DNA of 64,000 nucleotides from a virus. Of this stretch, positions 42,703 through 51,969 are shown in pieces. A program made the position numbers and the translations under genes. The notes beneath the pieces are model-generated. The model saw nothing but the letters and a program-made list of their open reading frames with translations. It did no database searches and had not been told where the DNA came from. Every line of letters starts with the position of its first letter. Positions within the stretch are counted from its first letter, which is position 1. Location: IMG/VR virus record IMGVR_UViG_3300027763_000026. The stretch is one strand, 5' to 3'.

Positions 42703-42910
42703 TTTTAGGCGTATTTTTTTCTATAAATTCATTTAACAGTTTTTTACAAAAATTTGATCCGTCTATTCCGCAGCATCTTTTAAATTTCTTTCCTTCGAAT
42801 GGACAGAGATAATTTCTACCTAGCTTTGGGGCGAGTCTATGTATTGGAGAGCTATCTGTTCCTCTTACATATAGCGGTACATCAGATTTAAACAAAGACG
42901 ACTGTTCCAT
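42686..42910 (-). CDS. Small SEC-C motif protein (start refined to MEQ at 42910)
   Basis: KLGRNYLCPFEGKKFKRCCG; TTGACA-N17-TATAAT-N6-ATG. Confidence 0.6.
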   Translation of the reverse strand: MEQSSLFKSDVPLYVRGTDSSPIHRLAPKLGRNYLCPFEGKKFKRCCGIDGSNFCKKLLNEFIEKNTPKNDQSS

Positions 42911-42930
42911 GGTTTTATTATACAAATAAA

Positions 42931-43272
42931 TTATCTTATTGTCAACGGCGTTTGCTGTGCTTTATTTATAAGAAAAATCTTATGATTTAATCTAAAAGTT
43001 TCATTTTCTTTGGCGGAAATAATTGCTTGTTGTCTAGACCTTGCTATCGACTCATTTTTATTAAACAAGGAGTATGACTTCTTTTGTTCGTTCAAGTATT
43101 TAATTTGCTCGGCATTTGATTGAACCTGAGCCTTAACTATATAAAGTTCTACTGATCTTGTGGATTGGTCCATTTTTTGATAAGCTACTTGTGCCTGAGA
43201 TTTATTCATAGTCCAAAAAGCTATGAGAATCAAGCATATGTATTTTACGTATTTAATATCACATTTTTCCAT
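42931..43272 (-). CDS. Putative secreted hypothetical protein
   Basis: Signal-peptide-like N-terminus ending SQA. Confidence 0.5.
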   Translation of the reverse strand: MEKCDIKYVKYICLILIAFWTMNKSQAQVAYQKMDQSTRSVELYIVKAQVQSNAEQIKYLNEQKKSYSLFNKNESIARSRQQAIISAKENETFRLNHKIFLINKAQQTPLTIR

Positions 43273-44365
43273 GAGAAAATCCCTCGTACATATTATTTAT
43301 TGTTGATCTAACTGCGATGATTTTATTCGTCCAAAGTCCACCACGCATATCTTCCATTTTTCTAAAACCTAGATAACTCATGGCGCTTCTTAGTCCATTT
43401 GCGAAATCGTAAACAACATCTTCTATGGTATTGTCTGATAATGGAATTAAAGTGTTGTCTCCTTCTACGAAGAGATTCTTTTTCGTCCCGTCGTATAATT
43501 GATAATCTTCTACGACATCTTTAGAAGCCATGCCTCTATATTTTGCATATTTTTTGCCATTCTTTTCCACTATGTCTTCGTCATCGACCGTGTCTTGCAA
43601 TCCAGCAAAGATTTTACCGCATATTATTGCGTCACACCCACTCGCTATAGCTTTAACTAAATCTTTTGGATAACGAATTCCACCATCTGCTAATATACTT
43701 GGCCTATGGTCTGGATTTGGTTTGTCTTGCTTAAATAAATCGACTTGAGAAAGTTCCCAATTTTTTACTGATTGCCAAGCGTAAAAATTACCAGTTACGC
43801 TTGGGCAACCAATGCCAGTTTTTACTTGCGTTAAGCACATCGAGCCTGGCCCGATAAGGTGTCTAAATCCGTCTGCTTTTAAATTTGCTAGTCTATAAAC
43901 GCTTTCTTTAGTTAGAGTATTTCCAATTATAATATCTTGAGTAAAATTACTAGTCTTGTACCATCTGAGAAAGTCTTCTGCGTTTTTTGATAATCCATTC
44001 GCTGTGTCAAGAAAGTAAATGTCTGTATATTTCTTAGTGAGATTAATTCTTTCTTCTGCGTCTTTTAATCCAATTGCATTTATGGATAAACCACTTTCGT
44101 CTTTAATCATCTTTGATTTAACTTTTTGCTCTTCGATTGGCATAAATCTATGCAAAACGCCAGCCGCACCAATTTTATTCATTTTAATGCATGACTTGAC
44201 TGAAGAAACGGTATCCATAGGAGATAAAATAATTGGTATTTTAATCTGATTATTTCTAGAAATTTTTGTGGACGTATCAACTTCTTTTCTAGAAGAGATA
44301 TCTGAAAAATTAGGCAAAAGAGAAATATCGTCGTAGCCTAGAGCTTCTTTGAAGTTTTGTTGCAT
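43259..44365 (-). CDS. IMP dehydrogenase / GMP reductase family protein without CBS domains (direction unresolved)
   Basis: YDDISLLP, SPMDTV, HRF, GPGSMC, ADGGI, YRGMAS, VEG. Confidence 0.85.
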   Translation of the reverse strand: MQQNFKEALGYDDISLLPNFSDISSRKEVDTSTKISRNNQIKIPIILSPMDTVSSVKSCIKMNKIGAAGVLHRFMPIEEQKVKSKMIKDESGLSINAIGLKDAEERINLTKKYTDIYFLDTANGLSKNAEDFLRWYKTSNFTQDIIIGNTLTKESVYRLANLKADGFRHLIGPGSMCLTQVKTGIGCPSVTGNFYAWQSVKNWELSQVDLFKQDKPNPDHRPSILADGGIRYPKDLVKAIASGCDAIICGKIFAGLQDTVDDEDIVEKNGKKYAKYRGMASKDVVEDYQLYDGTKKNLFVEGDNTLIPLSDNTIEDVVYDFANGLRSAMSYLGFRKMEDMRGGLWTNKIIAVRSTINNMYEGFSHGKM

Positions 44366-44383
44366 ATATGAATACTAATATTT

Positions 44384-44809
44384 TTATATTTTTCTGTCAA
44401 GTTTTAAAAGATCCATATTATAGAACTTAAATATCTCCTTAGCGCCTTCATCAAAACTATAGTCTTCTGTATAAATGATTTTTTTAATTCCATATGAGGC
44501 TATATTTAGGGCGCAGCTTGAGCATGGAAGTAAAGTGCAGGCTGCAATATAAGGCTCATCGTCTCTATTTATTCTTGCTAAAGCATTTATTTCTGCATGG
44601 ATAATGAACTTTCTTCTATAATCTCTATCTTTCCAAAAAAGATCGTTTTTGTCTACTTTGGGCAATAACCCATTATATCCTGTGGAAAGTATCTTACCTT
44701 CTTTATTCAAAATACAACATCCCACTTTTCTGTGCATGTCCTCTGATCTTTTTGCACATTCCACAGCAATATTTATTGCCATTTCTTCAAAAGAAATTCT
44801 ATTTTGCAT
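44384..44809 (-). CDS. dCMP deaminase (start refined to MQNR at 44809)
   Basis: KVGCCI...GYNG...HAEINAL...PCSSC. Confidence 0.88.
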   Translation of the reverse strand: MQNRISFEEMAINIAVECAKRSEDMHRKVGCCILNKEGKILSTGYNGLLPKVDKNDLFWKDRDYRRKFIIHAEINALARINRDDEPYIAACTLLPCSSCALNIASYGIKKIIYTEDYSFDEGAKEIFKFYNMDLLKLDRKI

Positions 44810-44815
44810 ACTCAT

Positions 44816-44872
44816 ATATTATCATAGAAGTTACGCCTTGACAAGGTAATTTATTATGTCTATAATCATTAA
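44816..44872. promoter_or_regulatory. Back-to-back sigma70-type promoters sharing the CTTGACAAG dyad
   Basis: Plus strand: TTGACA(44838-43)-N17-TATAAT-N6-ATG(44873). Minus strand: TTGTCA(44844-39)-N17-TAATAT-N6-ATG(44809). Confidence 0.8.
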
Positions 44873-45457
44873 ATGATAATAGGCATTACTGGAGTAGCAA
44901 GGTCTGGGAAAGACACTTTTTATTCTATCCTAAAGAAATATTTAGAAGAAAGAAATATAAAGTCTGAAAGATTAGCTTTCGCTGATGATTTAAAAAATGA
45001 ACTTAATGATTTTACTAAAGACAAATTTAAAATAGACCTATTTAAATGCAATGACCAAGAAAAAGAAACTATTAGACCTTTAATGGTTGCTTATGGTAAA
45101 TGCAGAAGATCTCAAAGTCAAGGAACCTACTGGACTTCTCAATTAGACAAAAAAATAGAAAGGCTTAAAAAAGATAAAACAATACCAATTATAACTGATG
45201 TCAGATATATCGAATATAAAGACGATGAATATGCATGGCTTAAGTCTTATAACGGAGTTTTAATACATTTATCTAGAAAACTGGATGACGGATCTTTCGT
45301 GCCACCAGCTAATATAGAGGAAAAATCAAATGATAATAAATTAAAAGCCGTTGCAGATATCTCTGTGTGCTGGGATACTTGCCAAGATACAAATGTTTTA
45401 TATGAATTAACTCAAAGACATTTAAAATCAATTTATGAAAGAATTTCACAACTTTAA
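44873..45457 (+). CDS. Deoxynucleoside monophosphate kinase
   Basis: IGITGVARSGKDT, AFADDLK, IITDVRY. Confidence 0.8.
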   Translation: MIIGITGVARSGKDTFYSILKKYLEERNIKSERLAFADDLKNELNDFTKDKFKIDLFKCNDQEKETIRPLMVAYGKCRRSQSQGTYWTSQLDKKIERLKKDKTIPIITDVRYIEYKDDEYAWLKSYNGVLIHLSRKLDDGSFVPPANIEEKSNDNKLKAVADISVCWDTCQDTNVLYELTQRHLKSIYERISQL

Positions 45458-46064
45458 TATGAATATAAAAACAACAAATGATAACGCCTTGATTCAAGAT
45501 GTATTGAATCGAAACAATAGCCATGCTCTTAAAGAACTCGAATTAAGACATAGCGGCATATGCCATAAAATGATTAAAAAATATTATTATAATATGGTGC
45601 AGTCTGGGATTGACCCAGAAGATGTAATCGCAGAGAAAACTTATATCATATATAAATCAGTAATGAACTTTAACCCTGATAAAAATGTTAAATTTTCTAC
45701 TTGGTTAGGTAATCAAATGAGATATCATTGTCTAAATACAATCAATAAAAACAATCGTCACATAACTATGGAAGACACCGCAATCAAACATATTATAGAA
45801 AAAAATCAAATCAAAGCTAATAATGAAACTATAGCTTTTAAAGAAAAAGCTGATATGATATTCTCTATCCTAAATAGATGCAAAGATAAAAGAATTAAAA
45901 AAATATATAAATTAAGATATTTCAACAGTAAGAGATTGATGTCTTGGGCAGATATTGGCGAGAAAATGAAATTAAGCACTCAAACTGTCATTAATATTCA
46001 TAATAAGGGCAAAGATTTCTTAAAGAATAAATTGACAAGTAACACTAACTCGGATATAATATAA
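45435..46064 (+). CDS. Phage sigma70-family sigma factor
   Basis: Region 2 FNPDKNVKFSTWL; region 4 SWADIGEKMKLSTQTVINIH. Confidence 0.8.
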   Translation: MKEFHNFNMNIKTTNDNALIQDVLNRNNSHALKELELRHSGICHKMIKKYYYNMVQSGIDPEDVIAEKTYIIYKSVMNFNPDKNVKFSTWLGNQMRYHCLNTINKNNRHITMEDTAIKHIIEKNQIKANNETIAFKEKADMIFSILNRCKDKRIKKIYKLRYFNSKRLMSWADIGEKMKLSTQTVINIHNKGKDFLKNKLTSNTNSDII

Positions 46065-46079
46065 ACAATAGGAGACAAT

Positions 46080-46406
46080 ATGGAAAACAATAAACAACAA
46101 AATGATTGGCAAAAAAGAGACATCGGTGCATTGTGGAAAAGAGAAGGGAAAACTCAGAAATATCTTTCTGGTTATTTTAAAGATGAACTTGGGGAACAAG
46201 TAGAGATCGTTATTTTTGCTAATAAATTTAAAAAAGAGAATCCTAAAGCTCCAGATTACAGAGTATATCTCTCGTCAAAAATTGATGGATCTAAAAAAAC
46301 ACAAGTTGAAGCGCCTACCGCTTCTGAAGTCCCTGTCAAGGCCCAAAAGAAAGTTGTCGAAAAGGTTGTAGAGAAAGTAATTGAAGAGGAAGAAGATCTG
46401 CTGTGA
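46080..46406 (+). CDS. DUF736-like protein
   Basis: IGALWKREG...YLSG...NPKAPDYRVY; GGAG Shine-Dalgarno. Confidence 0.55.
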   Translation: MENNKQQNDWQKRDIGALWKREGKTQKYLSGYFKDELGEQVEIVIFANKFKKENPKAPDYRVYLSSKIDGSKKTQVEAPTASEVPVKAQKKVVEKVVEKVIEEEEDLL

Positions 46407-47485
46407 GTTTATGCTTGAATTTGCCAATTAACTCCGTATCTTTTGGGCAAACTTCTGCGTTAATTTTAAAAGAACTCTTCAAAAGGGAAACAGATGTAAT
46501 TCTATTTCCAATTGGAAGTCAGATAGATTTTTCTACTCAAAATGTCGAAAAGAAATTTCTTGATTGGGTTAATATATCATTAAAAGATAATGACTCCAGA
46601 TATTCTAGGAATGATAGGATTTTTAAATTATGGCATATCAACGGCTCCCTAGAGTCTTTCGCTAAAGAGCAATTATTATTTTCTTTTTATGAACTTGATC
46701 AACCTACGCAAGCCGAAATAAATATTGTAAAAAATAACCACAAAGTCTTGTTCTCTTCTGAGTACACTTGTGAAGTTTTTAAAAATGCTGGTTGCAACAA
46801 TATAGAATATGTACCATTAGCTTTTGATAAATATAACTTTTTTAATACTAATAAAACATATATGGAGGATCGTATAACTTTTAATTTAGCAGGTAAATTA
46901 GAAAAAAGAAAAAATCATAAAAAGGTTATACAGAGTTGGCTTAAGAAATACGGTAATAATAGAGACTATTTTCTACAATGTGCAATCTATAATCCATTCT
47001 TAAAACCTCAAGATCAACAACAATTATTAAATTCTATTTTAGAAGGTAAAGAGTACTTTAATATATCATTTTTAAATTTTATGGAAAATAATGCTTTATA
47101 TAATGACTATTTAAATAGTGCAGATGTAATAATTGGCATGAGCGGTGGAGAGGGCTGGGGATTACCAGAATTTCATTCTGTAGCTCTAGGAAAACAGGCT
47201 GTAATCTTAAATGCTCATTCTTATAAATCTTGGGCTAATAAAGATAACTCTGTGTTAGTAGAACCATCTGGTAAAATTGAAGCATATGACAACATGTTTT
47301 TTCACAAAGGGCAAAGGTTTAATCAAGGTAATATTTATACATTCAATGATGATGATTTTATAGATGGATGCGAAAAAGCTATTAAAAAAATAAAATCAAA
47401 TAAAATAAATAAAAATGGTTTAAAATTGCAAGAAGAGTTTTCTGCTACAAGACTAGTTGATAATATATTAAAACATTATGCCTGA
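46403..47485 (+). CDS. GT-B glycosyltransferase
   Basis: AGKLEKRKN...SGGEGWGLPEFHSVALGK. Confidence 0.8.
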   Translation: MSLCLNLPINSVSFGQTSALILKELFKRETDVILFPIGSQIDFSTQNVEKKFLDWVNISLKDNDSRYSRNDRIFKLWHINGSLESFAKEQLLFSFYELDQPTQAEINIVKNNHKVLFSSEYTCEVFKNAGCNNIEYVPLAFDKYNFFNTNKTYMEDRITFNLAGKLEKRKNHKKVIQSWLKKYGNNRDYFLQCAIYNPFLKPQDQQQLLNSILEGKEYFNISFLNFMENNALYNDYLNSADVIIGMSGGEGWGLPEFHSVALGKQAVILNAHSYKSWANKDNSVLVEPSGKIEAYDNMFFHKGQRFNQGNIYTFNDDDFIDGCEKAIKKIKSNKINKNGLKLQEEFSATRLVDNILKHYA

Positions 47486-47828
47486 ATATTTATATCAACA
47501 TCCCAAAAGTAATAAAATCATATCTTTAATTCAAAGTATTCATGAAAAACATGAATATCAAGACGATTCTGGAGTTAAATGGAACAGGATTTTTACTTCG
47601 CCTCAGTTGAATACAGAAGGGACTTTGAAAGCTGATTGTACAGCAAAAGAGTTTAGTGATTTCACTGGCAGAAAAAAAGGCACCGTAGGTGATCTTTGGG
47701 ATAGAAGTGCTGAGTTATCAGCAAAAAGAGAAAAGCTCCTTGGTAAAGACCCATTAAAACAGAAATATTTTGATAATTGGAGCAAGAAAAGAAAAGGCAA
47801 AAAGCACCCTTCATCTAGACAAGACTAA
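47478..47828 (+). CDS. FmdB-like hypothetical protein
   Basis: MPEYLYQ N-terminus and RIFTSP segment. Confidence 0.4.
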   Translation: MPEYLYQHPKSNKIISLIQSIHEKHEYQDDSGVKWNRIFTSPQLNTEGTLKADCTAKEFSDFTGRKKGTVGDLWDRSAELSAKREKLLGKDPLKQKYFDNWSKKRKGKKHPSSRQD

Positions 47829-48157
47829 TTTTTTCTATTAAAATGATTTTGTATTATATCAAAATTACGATCTAATTTAGCTTCTATTCTATCAAAATAA
47901 GTTTCAAATGATTCTTTCGTTACATAAGTAGTTGAAATTTTTAAAGCTAGATCTGCTATCTCTTGTTGATGTTTTCTGCCTTCTAATTCCATTTCTTTTC
48001 TTAATGTTATAAAATCGCTAAATGTTTTATCATTTATATCTTTCATTAAAGTCTCTTGTTTGTCAAAAAGAGAAAATACTCTAGTGAATAGCCATCCCCC
48101 TAAGAAAGAAAGTGCCCCTAAGACTAAGTTAAATATAATAGTAATATCTAAATTCAC
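47825..48157 (-). CDS. Membrane-anchored coiled-coil hypothetical protein (GTG start)
   Basis: N-terminal transmembrane segment; GTGTAA-N8-GTG. Confidence 0.55.
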   Translation of the reverse strand: MNLDITIIFNLVLGALSFLGGWLFTRVFSLFDKQETLMKDINDKTFSDFITLRKEMELEGRKHQQEIADLALKISTTYVTKESFETYFDRIEAKLDRNFDIIQNHFNRKN

Positions 48158-48186
48158 ATAGATAATTACACATTAATATATAGATA

Positions 48187-49251
48187 TTAGAGTTTTAAAT
48201 CACCAAAATCTTCGTCTTCTATGTCCGTCTTCCTTGCGCCCACTTTATAGCTTGATATCTCAGTTTCTTGTGGCGCAACTTGCACTTTGCTACTGTCCAA
48301 ATAGCTGTCATGCCATCCAGCTATAGGATTATCTTTTTGATTAAATATCTTCTTATAGCCTAAGCTTCTTAATCGGCTATCACAAAGCCACTTAGAGTAG
48401 CCATCTAGAACGTCAGCATTTAATCCAAGTAAACTGCCTTTACTAAAGAGATACTGAGACCATTCACTTTCGTTCTTCGCGGCCTGTTCATAGAAAGCGT
48501 ATATCTTATCTTCATTTTTCTTTACAATAGATGTAAAGCCTTCTTTATCTTCGTCACGAAGTATCTTCAATAGATTTTGAGAGGTAGCAAAATGCAAAGC
48601 TTCATCTCTTTGAATGAATTTTATAATTTTAGAATTACCTTCCATCTTTCCCCGATATCCAAAATAAAAAGAACAAGCAAAAGAAACATAAAACACGAGT
48701 CCTTCCATTACATTAATAGAAAGAATAGCATCAAAAATCTTTTGTTTAGGGTCTTTCTTTTCGTCGCTACCAAGAATTTTATCAAAATTATCTCTAATTA
48801 ATTGAGCGCGACCTGTTATTTCTTTATCCTCCATGATACTATCAAAAAATTTAGTAGGATCTGGATGAACATTATTTAAAAGATAAGAATAAGAATAACT
48901 ATGAATGCCTTCAAATTGAGCCCAAGTATTCATGCATATTTCTAGCTCTGGATTACTAACGTAATCTTTTAATGAGTGTATGCTTCTAGATAACATACTA
49001 TCTCCAAGAGTTTGGAATCTTAAATTACTATCAAATACAAATCTTTCGGTGTCAGTCAAATTTTTATAATCGCTTCTATCTTTTCCTAAAGCTATTTCAT
49101 GTGGCCACCAGAAGTTTTCATTTTGTTTTTTGAATAGCTCAAAAAATATTGGATATTTAAACCTATCATATCTTTGCAAATTTAAATCCTCGCCAAGAAA
49201 CAATGGTTGTTTAGTAAAGTCTACGTTTTTAAAATTTAATACTGTTTTCAT
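48187..49251 (-). CDS. nrdB: Ribonucleotide reductase class Ia beta subunit
   Basis: FWWPHEI, QTLGDS, EGIHSYSY, EGLVFY, IQRDEALH. Confidence 0.95.
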   Translation of the reverse strand: MKTVLNFKNVDFTKQPLFLGEDLNLQRYDRFKYPIFFELFKKQNENFWWPHEIALGKDRSDYKNLTDTERFVFDSNLRFQTLGDSMLSRSIHSLKDYVSNPELEICMNTWAQFEGIHSYSYSYLLNNVHPDPTKFFDSIMEDKEITGRAQLIRDNFDKILGSDEKKDPKQKIFDAILSINVMEGLVFYVSFACSFYFGYRGKMEGNSKIIKFIQRDEALHFATSQNLLKILRDEDKEGFTSIVKKNEDKIYAFYEQAAKNESEWSQYLFSKGSLLGLNADVLDGYSKWLCDSRLRSLGYKKIFNQKDNPIAGWHDSYLDSSKVQVAPQETEISSYKVGARKTDIEDEDFGDLKL

Positions 49252-51494
49252 AATTTACAAGCTCCACTAGCACAGTCATCTTCTTTTTGTGTCATAGACT
49301 GCTCTTTATCTCCATCGTCTGTATTATTATAATACAAACTAATTAGTCCAAGGCTATAAGCATACATTATTTCTTTCATAACTTTGCTGTCTGGTAATAT
49401 ATGATTTTCATAGTGACTGTAATTATAATACACATTAGTAGAAATAGCCATATCAATATATTTTTGAATTACTGCGTTTATTTTTAATAAACCTAAATTA
49501 TCTTTAAAATCAAAAGCTAATTCATAATTATGATCATATTTTCCAATTCCTGGAACCATAACTGGAAGTTTACCCATTTTGCTTGTTTTATAAGTAATAA
49601 GACTACGAATAGGCTCGACACCGTTTGTAGAAGATTGAATTACAGAGCTACTCTCACAAGGCATACAGGAGGATAATGTCGAATGTCTTAATCCAAATTC
49701 TTTGATATCTTTTCTTAGTTTCTCCCAATCAAGTGATAGTTTTCTTTTTACTAATTCGTCTACTTTATCTTTGTATGTATCTATTGGCAAGATACCTTTA
49801 GAGTATTTTGTATTTTCAAATTTTTCGCATCTGCCTTTTTCTTTAGACAATTGGCAACTACTCTTTAAAAGATAGTATTGAAAATGCTCCATCCACTCAT
49901 CTATTACCGAAAGAGACTTATCTGAATTATATTTTAATTCATTTTTAGCAAGAAAAGCTGCAAGATTGGTGATTCCAACTCCAAGGCTTCTACGCTTTTT
50001 AGCAAAATTTTCTGCTGCGAAATTGAAGTAGTCTTGAATGTCTATAATTTCTTCAAGGAATCTTACAATTAAATCACAAACTTTTTCTAAATCTTGCCAG
50101 TTTTTTACTTCTAACATATTAACTGCCGAAAGAATACACATACCAATTTCTGCATCTTTATCATGGTAGTCATTAAGTGGAATTGTGGGGTGAATAACTT
50201 CTGTGCAAAGATTGCTCATGGTTACTTTATCAGACCAAGCTCCATGATTGTTAGCATGATCTACATTTAGAATATAAATTCTTCCAGTTTCAACTCTTTC
50301 TTTTATTATAAGAGAGAATAATTTACGAGCAGAAATTTTCTTTTTAATTTTTAGTTTCTTAGACTCGCATTCTTTATAAATCTTATCAAAGTCTTTTGTC
50401 CCCCAAGCTTCATAAAGCTCTGGCACTTCGGCAGTATTAAATAGCATGATATCTTCATCTTTTAAAACCCTATCATAAAATAATTTGCTCATACCAACCG
50501 TATAATCAAGTTTACGAACTCGATTGTCGTCTGTTCCAGCATTATTTTTCAATACTACAACATCTTCAATTTCGTAATGCCACCATTGTATATTGCAGGT
50601 TGCACTTCCTCCTCTTAAACCATTTTGTTGCCAAGCTTTCACGCTACTCTCATAAATTTTTAAGAATGGAATTAACCCCGTATGGACGACTTCCCCATTT
50701 TTAATTGGGGCGCCAATTGCTCTAATCCTGCTAACATCAATTCCAATTCCACATCTATTTGCCGTAGCCATACTAACTGCCGTAGCACTAGCAGTAATGC
50801 TTTCTTTCGTATCGTCTACCCCAATCAAGCAACAACTCGCGTAATTTTTACTAGAAGTTCTTACTCCTGCCATAATTGGAGTTGGCAAATTTATTTTATG
50901 CTTACTAATAGCATCGTAAAATTTCCTTACATAAGTCAATCTAGTTTCGCTTGGATAATTTATAAATGCATAAGCAGAGATTAATATATAAGCAAACTGT
51001 GGTGTTTCGTAAATTTGTTGGGTAGTTCTATTTTTTATTAAATATTTATCACATAATTGTTTTATACCAGCATAGGTAAAGATAAAGTCTCTTTCGTGAT
51101 CTATAATTTCGCCCAGTTTATTTATTTCATCTTCTGTGTATTTTTCTAGGATAGCAGGGTCATATATCTTATTTTTTAAACCATTATTTATAAATTCAGA
51201 AAGTCTTGGCGCATGTTTGCCCTTCCAAACGTCTTTTCTTAATTGATAATTAAGAAGCCTAGCTGCAACATATTGATAGTTTGGTTTTTCTATAGAAATT
51301 AAATTTGCCGCACTTTCAATCAATAAGCTATGAATTTCTTTTGTATGAACTCCATCGGTTATATTAATTTTAGCATTTATCTCTATGTCTGTTAAACTAA
51401 CTCCAGAATATCCATCTATAGCCCAATTAATAACTTTGTTAATTTTTTCTATATCAAATTTTTCAGTAGTATTATTTCTTTTCTTAACATTCAT
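49248..51494 (-). CDS. nrdA: Ribonucleotide reductase class Ia alpha subunit with ATP cone
   Basis: VKKRN ATP cone, ASCC, SNLCTE, MPCESSS, C-terminal CASGACKL. Confidence 0.96.
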   Translation of the reverse strand: MNVKKRNNTTEKFDIEKINKVINWAIDGYSGVSLTDIEINAKINITDGVHTKEIHSLLIESAANLISIEKPNYQYVAARLLNYQLRKDVWKGKHAPRLSEFINNGLKNKIYDPAILEKYTEDEINKLGEIIDHERDFIFTYAGIKQLCDKYLIKNRTTQQIYETPQFAYILISAYAFINYPSETRLTYVRKFYDAISKHKINLPTPIMAGVRTSSKNYASCCLIGVDDTKESITASATAVSMATANRCGIGIDVSRIRAIGAPIKNGEVVHTGLIPFLKIYESSVKAWQQNGLRGGSATCNIQWWHYEIEDVVVLKNNAGTDDNRVRKLDYTVGMSKLFYDRVLKDEDIMLFNTAEVPELYEAWGTKDFDKIYKECESKKLKIKKKISARKLFSLIIKERVETGRIYILNVDHANNHGAWSDKVTMSNLCTEVIHPTIPLNDYHDKDAEIGMCILSAVNMLEVKNWQDLEKVCDLIVRFLEEIIDIQDYFNFAAENFAKKRRSLGVGITNLAAFLAKNELKYNSDKSLSVIDEWMEHFQYYLLKSSCQLSKEKGRCEKFENTKYSKGILPIDTYKDKVDELVKRKLSLDWEKLRKDIKEFGLRHSTLSSCMPCESSSVIQSSTNGVEPIRSLITYKTSKMGKLPVMVPGIGKYDHNYELAFDFKDNLGLLKINAVIQKYIDMAISTNVYYNYSHYENHILPDSKVMKEIMYAYSLGLISLYYNNTDDGDKEQSMTQKEDDCASGACKL

Positions 51495-51620
51495 TTTATA
51501 TAAAATAGGGGGAACTCTATATTACAGTGTTTTTTAAAATTTAAAAAGAAAAAAATTTAGTTTTATTAACATTTATTATTTAACTCAATAAAGAGTGTAC
51601 TAATCTGTATTTTTATAACA

Positions 51621-51905
51621 ACTTCCCAATGAGCTCTTCAAAGCGGAGCTTTCCCTGTGCTTTGCGCAGGGTTGGTGAAAGCCTATTAGTTCTACTTCCC
51701 AATTGAGTCTGTAAACCTTTCGGTCCCTAACACTTATCGGATGTCGGTAGGATCATCCATCGCGTGTTAGCCCTTACACCTACACTCCCACTATTGCTAG
51801 TGGTTTCTGGGTCGCAAGCTCCTAAGCGTTGCCCACGTTTCGAACTAATGAGACTTATCGTTTAACGGAGTACGACAAACCTTATCCGCTAATTGGGCGG
51901 TATGT
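51621..51905 (-). ncRNA. Large structured RNA of about 285 nt, family unknown
   Basis: GC-rich island between AT-rich flanks; TTGACA(51940-35)-N17-TACTAT(51917-12); GNRA-capped hairpins and long-range 5-8 bp complementarities. Confidence 0.75.
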
Positions 51906-51969
51906 ATTTATATAGTATTATACATATTTACATTTGTCAAATAAATTTAATTTAATTATAATGTAAATA

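Noticed and set aside
51621-51905. Group I intron or canonical RNase P RNA
   Set aside because: ACAGACU-AAUUGGG resembles P7/P3, but no AGUC partner lies downstream and no exon is interrupted; RNase P-like fragments exist but the P4 signatures (GAGGAAAGUCC, ACAGAANNCGGCUUA) are missing
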